DNA of 64,000 nucleotides, taken from contig NC_134029.1 in NCBI RefSeq assembly GCF_964204645.1, positions 8,768,850 through 8,832,849 on the forward strand, read 5' to 3'. The DNA is from Tubulanus polymorphus (lineage: Eukaryota > Animalia > Nemertea). A program made the position numbers and the translations under genes. Of the stretch, positions 37,901 to 49,761 are shown piece after piece. Below the pieces are notes generated by a model. That model was given only the letters and a program-made list of their open reading frames with translations. It did no database searches and had not been told where the DNA came from. Positions within the stretch are counted from its first letter, which is position 1, and each line of letters starts with the position of its first letter.

Positions 37901-40900
37901 TGTCACGCATGCGGCTGACTGCGGAAATGAGAAATGGCCACGACTGCCCGGTATCAAAGAGTAATCTCCTTACTGATAGGATTCATTTTTAGAAAAAAAA
38001 ATGTTAACTCCAATTTGTGATTAAACACGAAATTGACGCGGTCTTATCACCCGTCGCGTGATACTGGTATTACTTACTCGACGAAACTTGAGTCGGTTGA
38101 GCTGACGTAGTAGAAATACAGTTGGTTTAATCCACAGGCGAAAGACGTCAAAACAAGGAAAAATATCAACAGAAACTTGATAATGTCGATGAGCATGCAA
38201 CCTAACGATATTTGCAGTGGACCCAAATGTGGATTCGCTTGGAACAGGTAGATAATCCGCGCGAAGCTGAACACGTTCGCTACGGCGAACAGACCCTCGG
38301 AGATGATCGTCGGGTCCATGTCGGGCCATTCGGATCGGGGCATCTCTCCGCGTCCGAAATCTGCATCCATGTAGTGAAGTTGTATGTAGGCTACGATCCG
38401 CAACGAGAACGTACATAAATAGAGCGATAACATGATAAAATCCATCCAGTTCCACCACTGTCTGATGTACGCTCGCAGGCCTTCTTCCCATAGTTGTTTC
38501 ACTTCGGCCCACACAAAACCTTCAAAAGGAAAATAAGAAATGCATTGTCACATCATTCAAAACACGTTTCTTTTAACTACGGAAGAATCCTGGAAAATGA
38601 CTAGAAATATTTCGAGTTTGGTTGTAATTCGGAACGGAACGAAAATCTCGTTGGTTTTATGAACTATTTTTTCAACAAACTGTCCCTAAAACTGCGGCAC
38701 TCCAGAAATAAACACGAAAGAGCATTTCTTATTTCAGGAAATTTGTTTTGGTTGTAATTCGGAACGGAACGAAAATCTCGTTGGTTTTATGAACTATTTT
38801 TTCAACAAACTGTCCCTAAAACTGCGGCACTCCAGAAATAAACACGAAAGAGCATTTCTTATTTCAGGAAATTTGTACGAATGAATGTACAAATCCGTCT
38901 ATAAAACAGCCTAGATCGAAGGCATACACATAACAAAATATGTCAGTTAATCCAATGTCAATTACAATATATTTCAAAACCTTTGCTATATAACAAAAAG
39001 TACATGTGTACATAATCATAATGGAATGAGGGTGAAGCAGTTTCTATCCTTTTGTTACACAGAAACTTAATTTGTACTTACTGCATGACATATATTTTTG
39101 TGTTAACAAGTTGCAGAACTGAGTGTACACAACTTAAAATGATTTTTTTGGAGGTCGCAGAAATCCTTCAATTTTCGACAATCCTTGTGTTAGACAACCA
39201 AACATTTTGATACCTTTACATGGAAATTAATAATATGAATTACTTAAGACAAAATTTACTTACCTAGCACCCATAAGACAATAAGCCACTCTAACGCATT
39301 GGGCCACGGTCCTCTTATTTTAGAGCGAGCTTGGATATCTCCGTTTTTTACGGCCACGGTGGTTGACATCAATAACAACAACACTAAGAACACGGCAAAC
39401 GACGCACTATGGTACATAAACTTCATGAATGGACTTCGCAGAAGTTGGCCTACGCGACTTCTTGGAACGGTAAGATATATCAATACTAGAAATGGTAATA
39501 TACACGGCAGTCCGATACATATGGCTACTTTCATCACGGTGTTACGAGTTCTCCAGCCAGGCAAACCTTCGTACCAGATCGACGTTAAAAGCTGTTGACA
39601 GTGCGGGTGAGCTACAAACTAACGAGAAAGTCATATGTACAAACATTGCATACTTATTTGCAGTTTAGGACATGTCGAGTTTGCATGGAGTTATTTCAAG
39701 CGAAAGAAAGACAAACCCTTTTCAGAGCAAGGACACCACCAGAATCTTTAAGTGGGGTCCAATATCCTGAATTCGAGAGGGGGTTGAGGAGCAAATGGCA
39801 TCAAAATTGTACTTTTCGTGATAACTTAACCAGATGAAACATTATTATATATATTATGACCTGAGATCTGACTGATCGAAAAAAGTATCTCTTATTAGCC
39901 GTAAATTAGTCACTTATTCATCCTTCACCACGTGTATGAAGTTTGCATACAACCCGCAGTGGTGCTATTTATGATGTTATACCTACAATATTTGTATACG
40001 TTGTTCAAGTTTGTATCAATTTTTCTTTTATATGCTGATTTAATTTTTGTAAATCCTCTTTGTACCAAACGTTTTGGTTAGAGTGTAATAAACTATCTTA
40101 TCCTATCTTATCTCATCTTATCTTATCTATTCCTTCAGGATGTCCAAAACATTTGAAATGGCTATGTTCCTTTAACGTGCCTCTACGAAACACCAGAAGG
40201 GTTTGGCATACGGAATGGTCATAATCATATTGCAAATCAATTATATCACTCAGACTGATTTCGAATTGGAAATTTAGGTCTTCCATTCTGCGGCTTATGA
40301 TACATTAATATTCATGTCTGCGCAACGCTTCCGTAATCTAGGAGATTTTCTCAACTCAATCCTTAGCCTTCCATCCTAAAATTTGCAAATTATCACAATA
40401 TCGTATGCCTTTATTTAGACGTTAATTTTTAAGGATACCGAACTTAAGATACGAATATGGATATTGACACCAAATATCGGTAAATCATGAAGTTTCGAAA
40501 ATACGTTGAACCACGGCCATTACGATGATTAGATATCGGTGCTAAAACATCAGAAAAAAATGTATAGCCGGTTTTCAGACATCGACTTGATATTTAATCC
40601 AAAAAGCCGGCAAATCGAGAGAATTCATATCCGGTTTCCATAGCTACGTCAAAATAAACCTCTTAGCAAATTTGCGCAAGAGCTTCTGACGGACGTAAAA
40701 CTTAGCCACCGACATCCGGATTTTTAACACGAGTTAGGCTATTCGAACGTGCCACCGCGAATCACTGTTCGAATCCTTAATGCGTCAAGGGATGACGCTT
40801 TGCAAACGACAAGGATGATATGTAAGAAAGCGTTATTCAAAATAGGTTGCTACATAATGAGATAAAAACCCACTACGTACACATAAAAAGATTTTTTTTA

Positions 40901-43900
40901 AAATCGAGAAATAATTTAATCAAAAAAAAGAACAGGATGTTTCGATCTCACCCTAGAGATCATCGTCAGGTGTTGGATCTCTGGGGTGAGATCGAGACGT
41001 CGTGTTCTTTTAATAATTTTATTATAGATTTTCGATTTTTATTTGTACATAGTGGGTTTATTAATCTTATTATTCGTTTACTAATAGGTTGCTACGTAGG
41101 GTGAATGTGATTTGGTTTTATAGTTATTTGGTGTTATTCTCTGATAGTGTTAAGACCAACGTGAAAATAGAAACAAAGATAGTTAAATTGAACTAGGCCT
41201 ACAGTGCACCATAAGGTTCATTATGTGGCGTCACAGGGCCGAATTTCTAGATGGAGCCATACGTTCAGACCATATAAATCGACTAAGGTTTTGAAACCGA
41301 AGACCGCTCGATGATGGTGCGTCCTCCCTCGACAAGGATTCGAACCTAATAGTATCGCTACACTCAGCCACGGCACGAAACCCCTACACCAGACCTGGAA
41401 CACAGAAACATGGGCAGCTTTGCCACAGGAAAAGTTGCCGCACTAATCAGATTACGCGTTGTATAATCGCTGAGGCAAATTTCACGGATAAACTATAAAT
41501 GGAAAAACCCGGGCTAAAATGAAACGGGATATCTGATTGGCTAATAATGACATTGTTTAAGCTGCGCATGTAGCTGCGCACTCTGGCTACTATGTGCATC
41601 CTCGCGTTTGCAAGGCGTCATCCCTCGACGCGAGGTTTCGTACCGCGGTGAGTCTCGATACCCGTCCCCATGCCATCAGGTTCGAATCGCTGCGTCGGGG
41701 AGGTTGTGTCAGCACCTGTTCTATAGCGTATACCGACAGTAAATATACGTATGACGAATCAAGTATATATCAGTATCTTATTTCGTTAGAGCATGGACGT
41801 TAAAAATCTATAGTTTATACGTCCATGATTAGAGTTATTATCGTCTTGTATCCTGGATTCGAATGAATTATTTCGAGTCGAAAATGAATAAAAAAGAAAA
41901 ACGAGGCAAATATTCGTTTTAATGAATTTTTGATTGGGCGAGCGTTTGCGCGATCATTTCCGTGTCGGCGCTTGCGTTTGTTGCATTTTATTCCGATCGG
42001 TAAAAACGGTCGATGAAAAGGTAATTAAGAGCGAAACTACGATAGAATTTTCCTATAAAACACGCATACGCGGGTCGCATCGATCGCTTAGATAATCTCC
42101 AAAATAAATCTCCAAAACAGACCTAACGATATACGACTCGCGGGAAACGAGATTATAGCTCACGAGTCTCCGACGGATCAATCGTCGCTGCGCGCGGACG
42201 TGACAGGTTTCCTATAATGCACCGAACATCCACGAGATCAGCTCAATAAACACAGAATACGCACAAACCTGATGGCGAAATAGTCATTTTTTTTCTCGCT
42301 GGTAATCAGAGATACTATATACGTCATAATAACATTTGATGCGCGAATGGTGATCACATTCGTCGTGTTTACCTAGACCCTAATCACCGACAAACCCAGT
42401 AGATTTTCTTTTCATTTTACATATTCCAAACACGCGTCATGAGTGCAGGGTTTGTCGCTTTATTCCTTTACGGTGATCACATATTGAAACGTGACATCGG
42501 TTATCCCCGTCAGATCAATGAGGACTACGTTCGACTGTGGCAATCGAGGATTCCACTTGTGACAAGCGAGGATCCACCAGGTTCGCTAGTGTGCATTCAG
42601 ACAACAACTCTTGGATTTCTTCTCAGATTCAATTAAAATCTATCCATAATCTCTAATTCTTTGAATGATGATTAGTAAAATCCACCTTATTTATGAACCT
42701 TAAGATCATCTGAGTTTATCAAGAGGAGTAATATAACTAATTTCTGACAAGGGAGGCTAAAAATCTAGATGAAAGTTCATCGAAAATGAATTATATTTTG
42801 ACAGGGTTGTCGTACTGATACGCCCGCCATCTAGCGGGATAGCTGGTGGCACGGAGTCCTCATTGTATGCAAAAACATTGCTAAGAGCTGTTTGGTGCAA
42901 CCAAGGAGGTTTATGCTTTAGTTTAGTATAATTGTTTCTCAACTGATTATCTAAAGGGGCGAATCCGAGGGTAGGGTGTAGAGGGTGCGCATTCCCTTTT
43001 ACAAAGTCGAGTTGCCCTGAAATTTTACAGGAAAATGAAGAAAAAAAAAACGAAACACTGACTATGATAGCAACAGTACCCTTTTAAATGATATGCCCTA
43101 ATTTTCGGGATGCTACCCTCACTGAAATAGAATCTATAGATTCACCCCGGCCTGTTTAAAAGAGTTTGTAACATAAATTTCGCAAATGTTATAAGATTCA
43201 TTTTTGACGACTGCAATCGAATTAAATCGGAAACCTGACCCGATGGTGATTAACAATCTGGTTAAAGTGAAATCCCTTCTCCTCAAGAACTGAACGTCTA
43301 TACATCCACATCTACGAACTGTAGAAAGGCTACCATTTTTAATGCTCGTTTTTCTATTCAAATTCTAGCAATACACTCATTGAAATAAATCAAATCATAC
43401 TCAAAGATGCAAATTCATCTTCAGCGTAAACTGTTTCATTCTCACGATAACTAATTCAGAACATGTTGAATATAGTGCTTACAAAACTAACGGTTATAAC
43501 GTTTAGCGGAACTGCTGAGAAGGAAGTCCGACCATCAATGTAACGCAGTGTCTATGCGTGGTTTCGGTCCTCACTATTTACGATAATTACCCGTTATGTA
43601 CAGCGATCCTGTTTCAATTGTGAAAAATATTTGAGCGGTCTATCAGAGCCGAAAGGAAAAATCAGTTTGGTTATTCGAATGTACACGTAGCACTATATGT
43701 AGGAAGGCGTTACTCAAAATAGGTTGCTACGTATAGTAAGTGAATTGGACATGGTTTTCATTATTGTTTGATAGTCTCTAGATCAACCTGGAAATATCGA
43801 ACGTGTTGCCTGGCAATGCTGTTCGTATATTTTTTGAAAGAGTTGAGACCAGACATCAGGATCCAGGGTCCAGTTCCACAGTTCTGAGTTTAGATTTGAC

Positions 43901-45143
43901 TCCGAGTTAAAACATTGAAAATGAACTAACTACTCTAACTCACAAATGTGGAACTGGGTCCAGACTTTAAACTTAAACTACAGTCGATCGTACGGTTAAT
44001 GATGTGACGTCACAGTGTCGAATTTTGAATTGAACCATAAGTTTTGACCATTAGTTGACTAAGGTCTAAAAACTGAGGACCGCCGAGTAATGGTGTATGG
44101 AATAAGAATGACCAATATCGATATCATGGATATCCAAATAAATCATCGATATTCATGGAATAACTCATAAGAATGTTGTGTCAGCGCATACGTACCTGTT
44201 TTTGTTCATATTTCAAAGCCAATTTCAGGCGTGCCAACGTCAACTTATCGGTATCACCATCTTCCTCGTCGTCGTCCTCGTCATCTGACTTGTCGAGAAC
44301 GGCTATAACCTCTTCGCTGCTGCGACACTGATCCAAAAGATCGCACGCGTACTTTTTACACGATTCGGCGAGTTCCGTGTACGTATCTTTGAATTCGTTT
44401 TCTTTCATCGCCAAGCGCTGGAGTTCCCAGGATAGTCTGAAAGCGGTGAGGATAGGGTCGGCGCTTGTCAGCGAGATCCACGCCGGACTGGCCAAAGCCC
44501 TGAACGTGTGGATGCGCAGCAGCGAATGTCGCAAACTGTCCTCATTCACCTGGTCCAAGCAGCGTTGGCAGGCGCACGACAAAGTGTGCGGATTTTCTAT
44601 CTTCGCCCCGCGAGAAAGGAGAAGTTGCAATATTTCGAATTGGTTACAAGTGGCGGCTAGAATAACCGGCGAGATATCCGGGGAATATTCGTTACTTTGC
44701 TCGGATAGCGGTTTGGATTTCGACCATTCGAACCCTAACATTCCTCGACTTATACTGGGGTGGTCAATCAACATCTCAACGATTCTATACACGCCTTCTC
44801 GTATGGCGTACAAAATGGCGTCGCCAATTTTAACACCCTCTTGTTTGAGTAACAGTTCGACGATTTCTGTATTTTCATTATCGACGGCGATTTGTATGGC
44901 AGACCGGCCGAGTATATTTGTACAGTTGACATTGACGGGACTCGGGCCTTGTAAACACCTGATCATCGTGTGCTTGTCTCCCTTCTCTGCAGCCTCCAGG
45001 AAAAGCCGCTCGTGCGGATCCATCCTGTGGCCTTCTTTCAACGGTTCCAACGGAATGGGAACTGCCCGTCCCGAGCTTTTAGAGCTTGAACGCATTGGGC
45101 GATTTCTTTTGCTCCCGCGGAAGTCAGGAGCTAGATTATCCAT
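25906..45143 (-). CDS. TRPC: TRPC-family (canonical transient receptor potential) cation channel, 932-941 aa depending on pore exon
   Basis: Exons 45143-44196 (ankyrin repeats, H..C.C..C Zn motif), 39618-39264 ([11 protein letters not shown], pre-S1 to S2), 38519-38078 (S3-S5), one of 35245-35029 / 34031-33812 / 31812-31620 (pore + S6), 30847-30632 (TRP box [15 protein letters not shown]), 27792-27634, 26926-26811 ([15 protein letters not shown]), 26275-25906 (ends LYTQL). All junctions GT-AG and phase-compatible. Start context GCCACCATGG. Confidence 0.95.
28440..28521. repeat. (TAGTC)n pentanucleotide microsatellite with TAGTG variants
   Basis: tagtc/tagtg units repeated about 16 times. Confidence 0.95.
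31620..31812 (-). CDS. TRPC: TRPC pore/S6 alternative exon C (193 nt)
   Basis: ttacag|[65 protein letters not shown]|GTAAAA; phase 2 in, phase 0 out. Confidence 0.9.
33812..34031 (-). CDS. TRPC: TRPC pore/S6 alternative exon B (220 nt)
   Basis: atacag|[74 protein letters not shown]|GTATAT; phase 2 in, phase 0 out. Confidence 0.92.
34238..34465. mobile_element. Palindromic Penelope-like element with degenerate hammerhead motifs, between TRPC pore exons A and B
   Basis: Inverted arms of about 100 bp; minus 34342-34299 TATTC CTGAAGAT GGCTTT aaggtt ATAGTC GAAAC GTT GTATA; plus 34361-34398 CTGAAGAT GACTAT aggtc ATAGTC GCTTC GTT GAATA. Confidence 0.6.
35029..35245 (-). CDS. TRPC: TRPC pore/S6 alternative exon A (217 nt)
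   Basis: ccacag|[73 protein letters not shown]|GTATGT; phase 2 in, phase 0 out. Confidence 0.92.
35522..35737. mobile_element. MITE-like element upstream of TRPC pore exon A
   Basis: cagggcgaacctcggtt ... aaccgaagttcgcactg inverted ends, with internal actagt/actatagt palindromes. Confidence 0.55.
38618..38876. repeat. Perfect 130-bp tandem duplication in TRPC intron 2
   Basis: ggaacggaacgaaaatctcg...caggaaatttgt occurs at 38631 and 38761 with no visible mismatch. Confidence 0.93.
40841..41095. mobile_element. Palindromic Penelope-like insertion with minimal hammerhead motif and 13-bp target-site duplication
   Basis: Direct repeat AATAGGTTGCTAC at 40841-40853 and 41083-41095 flanks an imperfect inverted repeat; minus strand 40974-40931 reads AACAC CTGACGAT GATCTC tagggt GAGATC GAAAC ATC CTGTT. 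Confidence 0.7.
41322..41703. mobile_element. Second copy of the element with inverted tRNA-like ends
   Basis: Left end tcctccctcgacaaggattcgaacc...cagccacggcacgaaaccc; right end ggtttcgtaccgcgg...caggttcgaatcg...ggggagg; core shared with 13436-13744. Confidence 0.65.
43867..43961. mobile_element. About 100-bp MITE, possibly PIF/Harbinger-like (family also at about 839-925, 18764-18880, 22942-22980, 53880-53967, 63144-63247)
   Basis: TIR GGTCCAGTTCCACA ... TGTGGAACTGGGTCC; at least six recognisable copies. Confidence 0.75.
44196..45143 (-). CDS. TRPC: TRPC coding exon 1 (ankyrin repeat domain, Zn-binding motif)
   Basis: FLEAAEKGD...[66 protein letters not shown]; donor CAG|GTACGT. Confidence 0.95.
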
Positions 45144-46521
45144 GGTGGCAGACAGCCCACCGACGCCTGTTCGCGGGCTGACGAACTACCTACAAAATAT
45201 AATAATCGTTGGTTTTTCAATACAAACATCAATTTGAATTCCAAGACTGTTCAGATAAATACCTTCATATAACGCTTTAGTGCATAGTTTCATAACTAGC
45301 ATATGACGATATATCTCGCCACATGTAACATTATCTAAATATTAATGGTTGTCGTTGTATACATGCCGAATTTGTGCCTCGAAAATAAACATGTACATCC
45401 GGAATGCCGCATAATTTGAACACGAAAAATAGCTTATAGAAAAAAGAACGTTGATTGAATTTAAAGTTAATATTGCCTAATACTGTCCACAACGAATCAT
45501 ATATTAATGAAATGATATCAAGAGCAACGCATTCCTTACTTGAAGTTACTTTGAATATAAGTACATTGATTTTAATTGAATTGACCGGCAACCAGTCAAG
45601 CGTGACGTAGTGCACATTCCCGCAAAAAATGAATATAAAAAATGGAAACATCCATTTAACAGAAAATAAGGCTCATGAAAAATGTTTGATTACAAAACAA
45701 ATGCCAGAATTCACAATTGTAATTCTTATTTTGGAACGCCAATATTGATGACGCAGTACACATCGACTCACACAGATCCCCTGAATAAGGCATAGTAGTA
45801 AGCAACGTGTAATAACATTATTGTAACGGTTTTACGGCGTCTAAAGATTCTGTGCAACTAGTTACGAGAGTATATAAGGGAATTACTTCCCGGGAATACC
45901 ATTCGGTCAGGTGAAGATCACTTTGCACTAACATGACCAGTGAGGCCCTGCGACCACACCCTTTTATGACACATGCCCGGCTTTCACGAGCAGTTTCAAG
46001 CTAGCTGGAAAAAGCTACTGCAAAATTTCTCGGCAATTGCTGACTGGAACCTGCTACGTTACCTACGCATATACAGCTGAAGACGTTTTCGCGTAGAAGG
46101 AAAAACCATAGAAAAAAGTTACATTGAAACTGGTCGTCAAAACCAGGGGCAGTTGCTCAAAAGTTGGTTGAAAAAAGCTAGAGGATGAATACCATCACAA
46201 CGCACACAAATTGTTACTATGTCAACTATCCGCTACTATTACCACTTTCTGTGCAATTAGACCAGCCTTAAAGGTCACCAACGTCACTGGTGAGTCTAGC
46301 GGTACCGACCTGAACCCGACACCCTTTATAATTAATTGTGTATCTTCTTGATCAACGATATCCATGTATATAATCTGCGTAAAGTCAGTTTCAGGTGCGA
46401 TTTCACAAATCTATTTCGAGCATCTTTCACGCGTAAGTCTTGTATCAAGGAAATGCACGGGTTGTAAACTGTCACTCAGTTGACATTTGCGTGACGTAGT
46501 CTTATCGCCTAAGACTTTCGC

Positions 46522-46830
46522 TACTGGGGGCGGATCTAGGAAAATTGGAAGGCCCGCGTCGAAAAGAAAAGAAAAGGAATTTCTCGAACTTAGCAGGCAT
46601 GTCAAAGGCCACTAGCGGGGTTCGCCATCGCTGTTCAGATTCGCTCAGTTCGCTTTTTTTAGATGAAATACGTCCTAAGAGCAAATTTAAAGAGGATAAG
46701 CGTCAATTATGCAGGTTTTGATCTTAAAATAGCTTTTGATTTTTTTCTGACAACGATCTCTGTCTTGACGAAAAGGGCAACCTCCATGGGAAGGCAAGCG
46801 TCTGGACCCATGAGACCGCCCCGCGCACAG
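46522..46830. repeat. Interspersed repeat family (copies at about 59297-59560 and 63331-63590)
   Basis: Shared gatctaggaaaattggaaggcc, gcatgtcaaag.ccactagc and tcttgatgaaaagg.caac.cc..t.ggaaggca blocks. Confidence 0.65.
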
Positions 46831-48157
46831 TATGATTCTTACCCGTCTATTTTCTATATATCATTTTTTAAACCTTGCGTTAAAATGCGTAATTTCGATA
46901 AAGACCACAAAGCGATCGGTACACACATGCAAGGTGCGTGAATATAAGGTAATTAGCTAAGAGATTTTTACTCTGACTATTAAATTGAATAAATACTTAT
47001 CACTAGTAACGAATCTCCATCTGGTATTCCTTTCACTGAGCGCCGAATCAGCCCAGGGTTAACTGTGGCACTATAAGCGCAAAGACACTCGACGTGTGAC
47101 GCTACGGTTTTTCTAGACAGAAAGATGCAGTAACCACGGCAACGGGATACATCAACTACTCAGACTCTTGAAACCCCTGATAATCTGACCTCGCTGCTAT
47201 AATAAATGACAGATCTGAATTCATTTTCGCAACTTATAAATGTCTATTTGCGACTAACGAACGATTTGCGGGATCGCCTATACAAACGTGCGCTCCGGGA
47301 AATTGATTTGACTCGAAACGAACGTTTGTATCGTCCACGATTGTCAGTTCAGTCATAATATTCCGGTATCTAGGCCTACCACCGAGACATTCGGAAGCCT
47401 ATAACTCGTGTTCCATTCTTCGTCATTTGAAAGAAATACGCTCAAAACTTTAGAAATTATCTTTACATTTCCAAGGTATTTCTACTGTACTGAATATTTA
47501 TTTCTAAATCCAATTCTTGTAACTATCAATTCATGCAGAAACATTCTTTTGTATTTGTGGCGTTAGGTAATTATTTCATAATAAGTGATTTACGTGTGAG
47601 TCTAAATTAGGCCCGGGTACTATATTTATATCTGAGTGTGAACGTTTATCATAAACCTCCTTCTAATATTTAAGCATGTGAATTCTTTCTGCTACGTGTA
47701 TTAGTTACGATTATCACAAATGCCTTAACGATATTTTGATCTAAACATAACGCATAATATTCTAGTAATAAAAACACTGTGCTGGATATCTATATCTTCT
47801 ATTCATGTACATTTTACTATAATAGATAAATAAATAATGAAAAAAAATGTATAAGAACTCAATTTCCTTGATCGGATGACATCGTTCGATTTAATGCGCA
47901 ATATGAATCTATATGAGGGGTTTCTGTGGATGTTTGGATCCGCACCATAAATTCAGAAATTCAAGATTGCAGACCGGGATAAGCGGGCATGCGTGAGTTA
48001 CGATTAGCTTATCTGGAAACTATAATATACGCTAGACTTGTTTTTAAATTGAAATTTCTAAACGATAGTAAAGCGATTTCTTCTCACTACAGGTGCTCTA
48101 GTGAAAGAATAAACTCATTCATCCATCCTGCTTCGTAAGATATCGTTACTAGTTTGT

Positions 48158-48511
48158 GGGGCCAGTTACACAGTCGCGACTTGAGCCCAAAAGTAGTCTT
48201 AAATCTTATAACTGGTCTTAAGTTGTTAGATTGGCTATAGCACTGAGTTGATCTTAGACTTGTCTTAAGTCTAAGCCAGCCATGACTATGCAACGGGCCC
48301 CAGGGGCCAGTTGCACAGTTGTGACTTGAGCCCAAAATTGGTCTTAAATCCTAAGACTGGTCTTAAGTTGTTAGATTGGCTATAGCAAGTTGGTCTTAGA
48401 CTTGTCTTAAGTCTAAGACCAACTTAGTTCTAAAGCCAATCTAACAATTTAAGACCAGTCTTAAGAATCCAGACCACTTTTGGTCTTAAGTCTTGACTAT
48501 GGAACCGGCCC
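48158..48511. mobile_element. Two adjacent palindromic MITEs (related copies at about 5495-5612 and 21095-21200)
   Basis: GGGGCCAGTT(A/G)CACAGT start; internal gtcttaagttgttagattggctatag and its reverse complement; ends ...GGAACCGGCCC. Confidence 0.75.
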
Positions 48512-49483
48512 TGAAGTCTTATGATGTCTGATTCGTATTGTGCCGGTGTGGGTAATAACCGGTTCACGTCATTTCGCTACACCACACCCGGTTACGAATG
48601 ATCTTATACTTCACTTATCTTAGATATGAAATGTCAGCGCGTGGTCTTTGCTGGATATAATGATGTAGCTAGTTATCGCATCTGAGAAATTATCCTATTT
48701 AGTGTCCTCCCCTGTGAATGAGGTAAGTTTAGGTTACAAATACCGCAGATAGACAGTTCTACCGTGGGCGTCGTTTGTTGAACTACATGCTGGCAAACAT
48801 CCGACAACAATCAGGCTACCAGTAACCCCAGGAAATCATTGTACGATTCGCCGACTATGAAACGTATCACTCCCGAGACGATTAGATGTATCGGCTGAAA
48901 CCAGCAGCCCAGCTTATTGTTGACAAGTAAACAGTGCCACGTATATATGTATGCCACTTCGGAACATCGCGAGGAGATGAGAAATGATGGACTTTATATG
49001 AAAAGTAGAGATATATTCACGTTGAGGGACAACGTTATCAAACAAAGCATTGATAAACGATTCCATAGTCGAAACCATTGACAAACATGATTAATATCGC
49101 GGAGTCGTGACCTTATCGCATTAATTTCCAACCTGCTGGGCGGGCGCTGATTATTACTGGTCCCACCTGAAATCTATGAATCGTATCAATAATTCTAACG
49201 TATCACAATCATTCAACATTTTTTAGTGAAAATATCATACCTAAAAAAATGGAAATTGGGGACATTAAATCTATCAATCTAATTAGGTTTTCAATTTTTC
49301 AACTCTCAAACGAGCTTCAGACTTACGACCTGTAACAACTTAGCCCAAGCGCTAACAAGCGGTGAACATTGGTAACGATGAAATAGGCGCTTTACAAATA
49401 TCACTGTTTATTATTTTACTATCGCTGTTTATCATTCTATCAGAAGTATACCCCTTGGGGTCCCTTTTTGTTATTTCTCTTTA

Positions 49484-49761
49484 TTGAACTAGGTAAATTT
49501 CCTTTGACGCTGTAAAAACCGTTACAATAATGTTTATACACATTGATACCGAGTATACGTTACATAAGGGTTATGTGTGATTCGGTGTGCACTACGTCAT
49601 CAATTCTGGCGTTTCAAAATGGTAACCGGTAAATTCAATTAACTGATCCTGGATAATGAATAAATTACAAGATAATATCTATTGTCGACAACATTCGCCA
49701 ATAGGTCTAAATACGTTATTTATCGAGGCGCCAGTAAACTTTCAAGTTAGTTTGCTTGTTC
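49484..49761. repeat. Interspersed repeat family (copies at about 2725-3140, 5700-5982, and reversed 45560-45845)
   Basis: Shared gacgctgtaaaaaccgttacaata, gtgcactacgtcatcaat, ggttgccggt(a/c)aattcaatt and gaggcgtcaataaactttcaagttag blocks. Confidence 0.7.

Noticed and set aside
35246-38077. A missing turret exon, or the repeated DSSFV across the S5/exon A junction as a duplication scar
   Set aside because: Direct joining gives F-x-x-L-x-x-S-x-x-x-LFW spacing and a turret length like TRPC3/6/7; no extra exon is needed and no fourth pore copy was seen.
30848-38077. Dscam-like docking/selector RNA pairings enforcing exclusivity
   Set aside because: No convincing complementary blocks found by eye; needs a comparative complementarity search. 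Frame plus NMD could be sufficient.
44377-45237. 286-aa plus-strand ORF
   Set aside because: Antisense shadow of TRPC exon 1; no recognisable domain.
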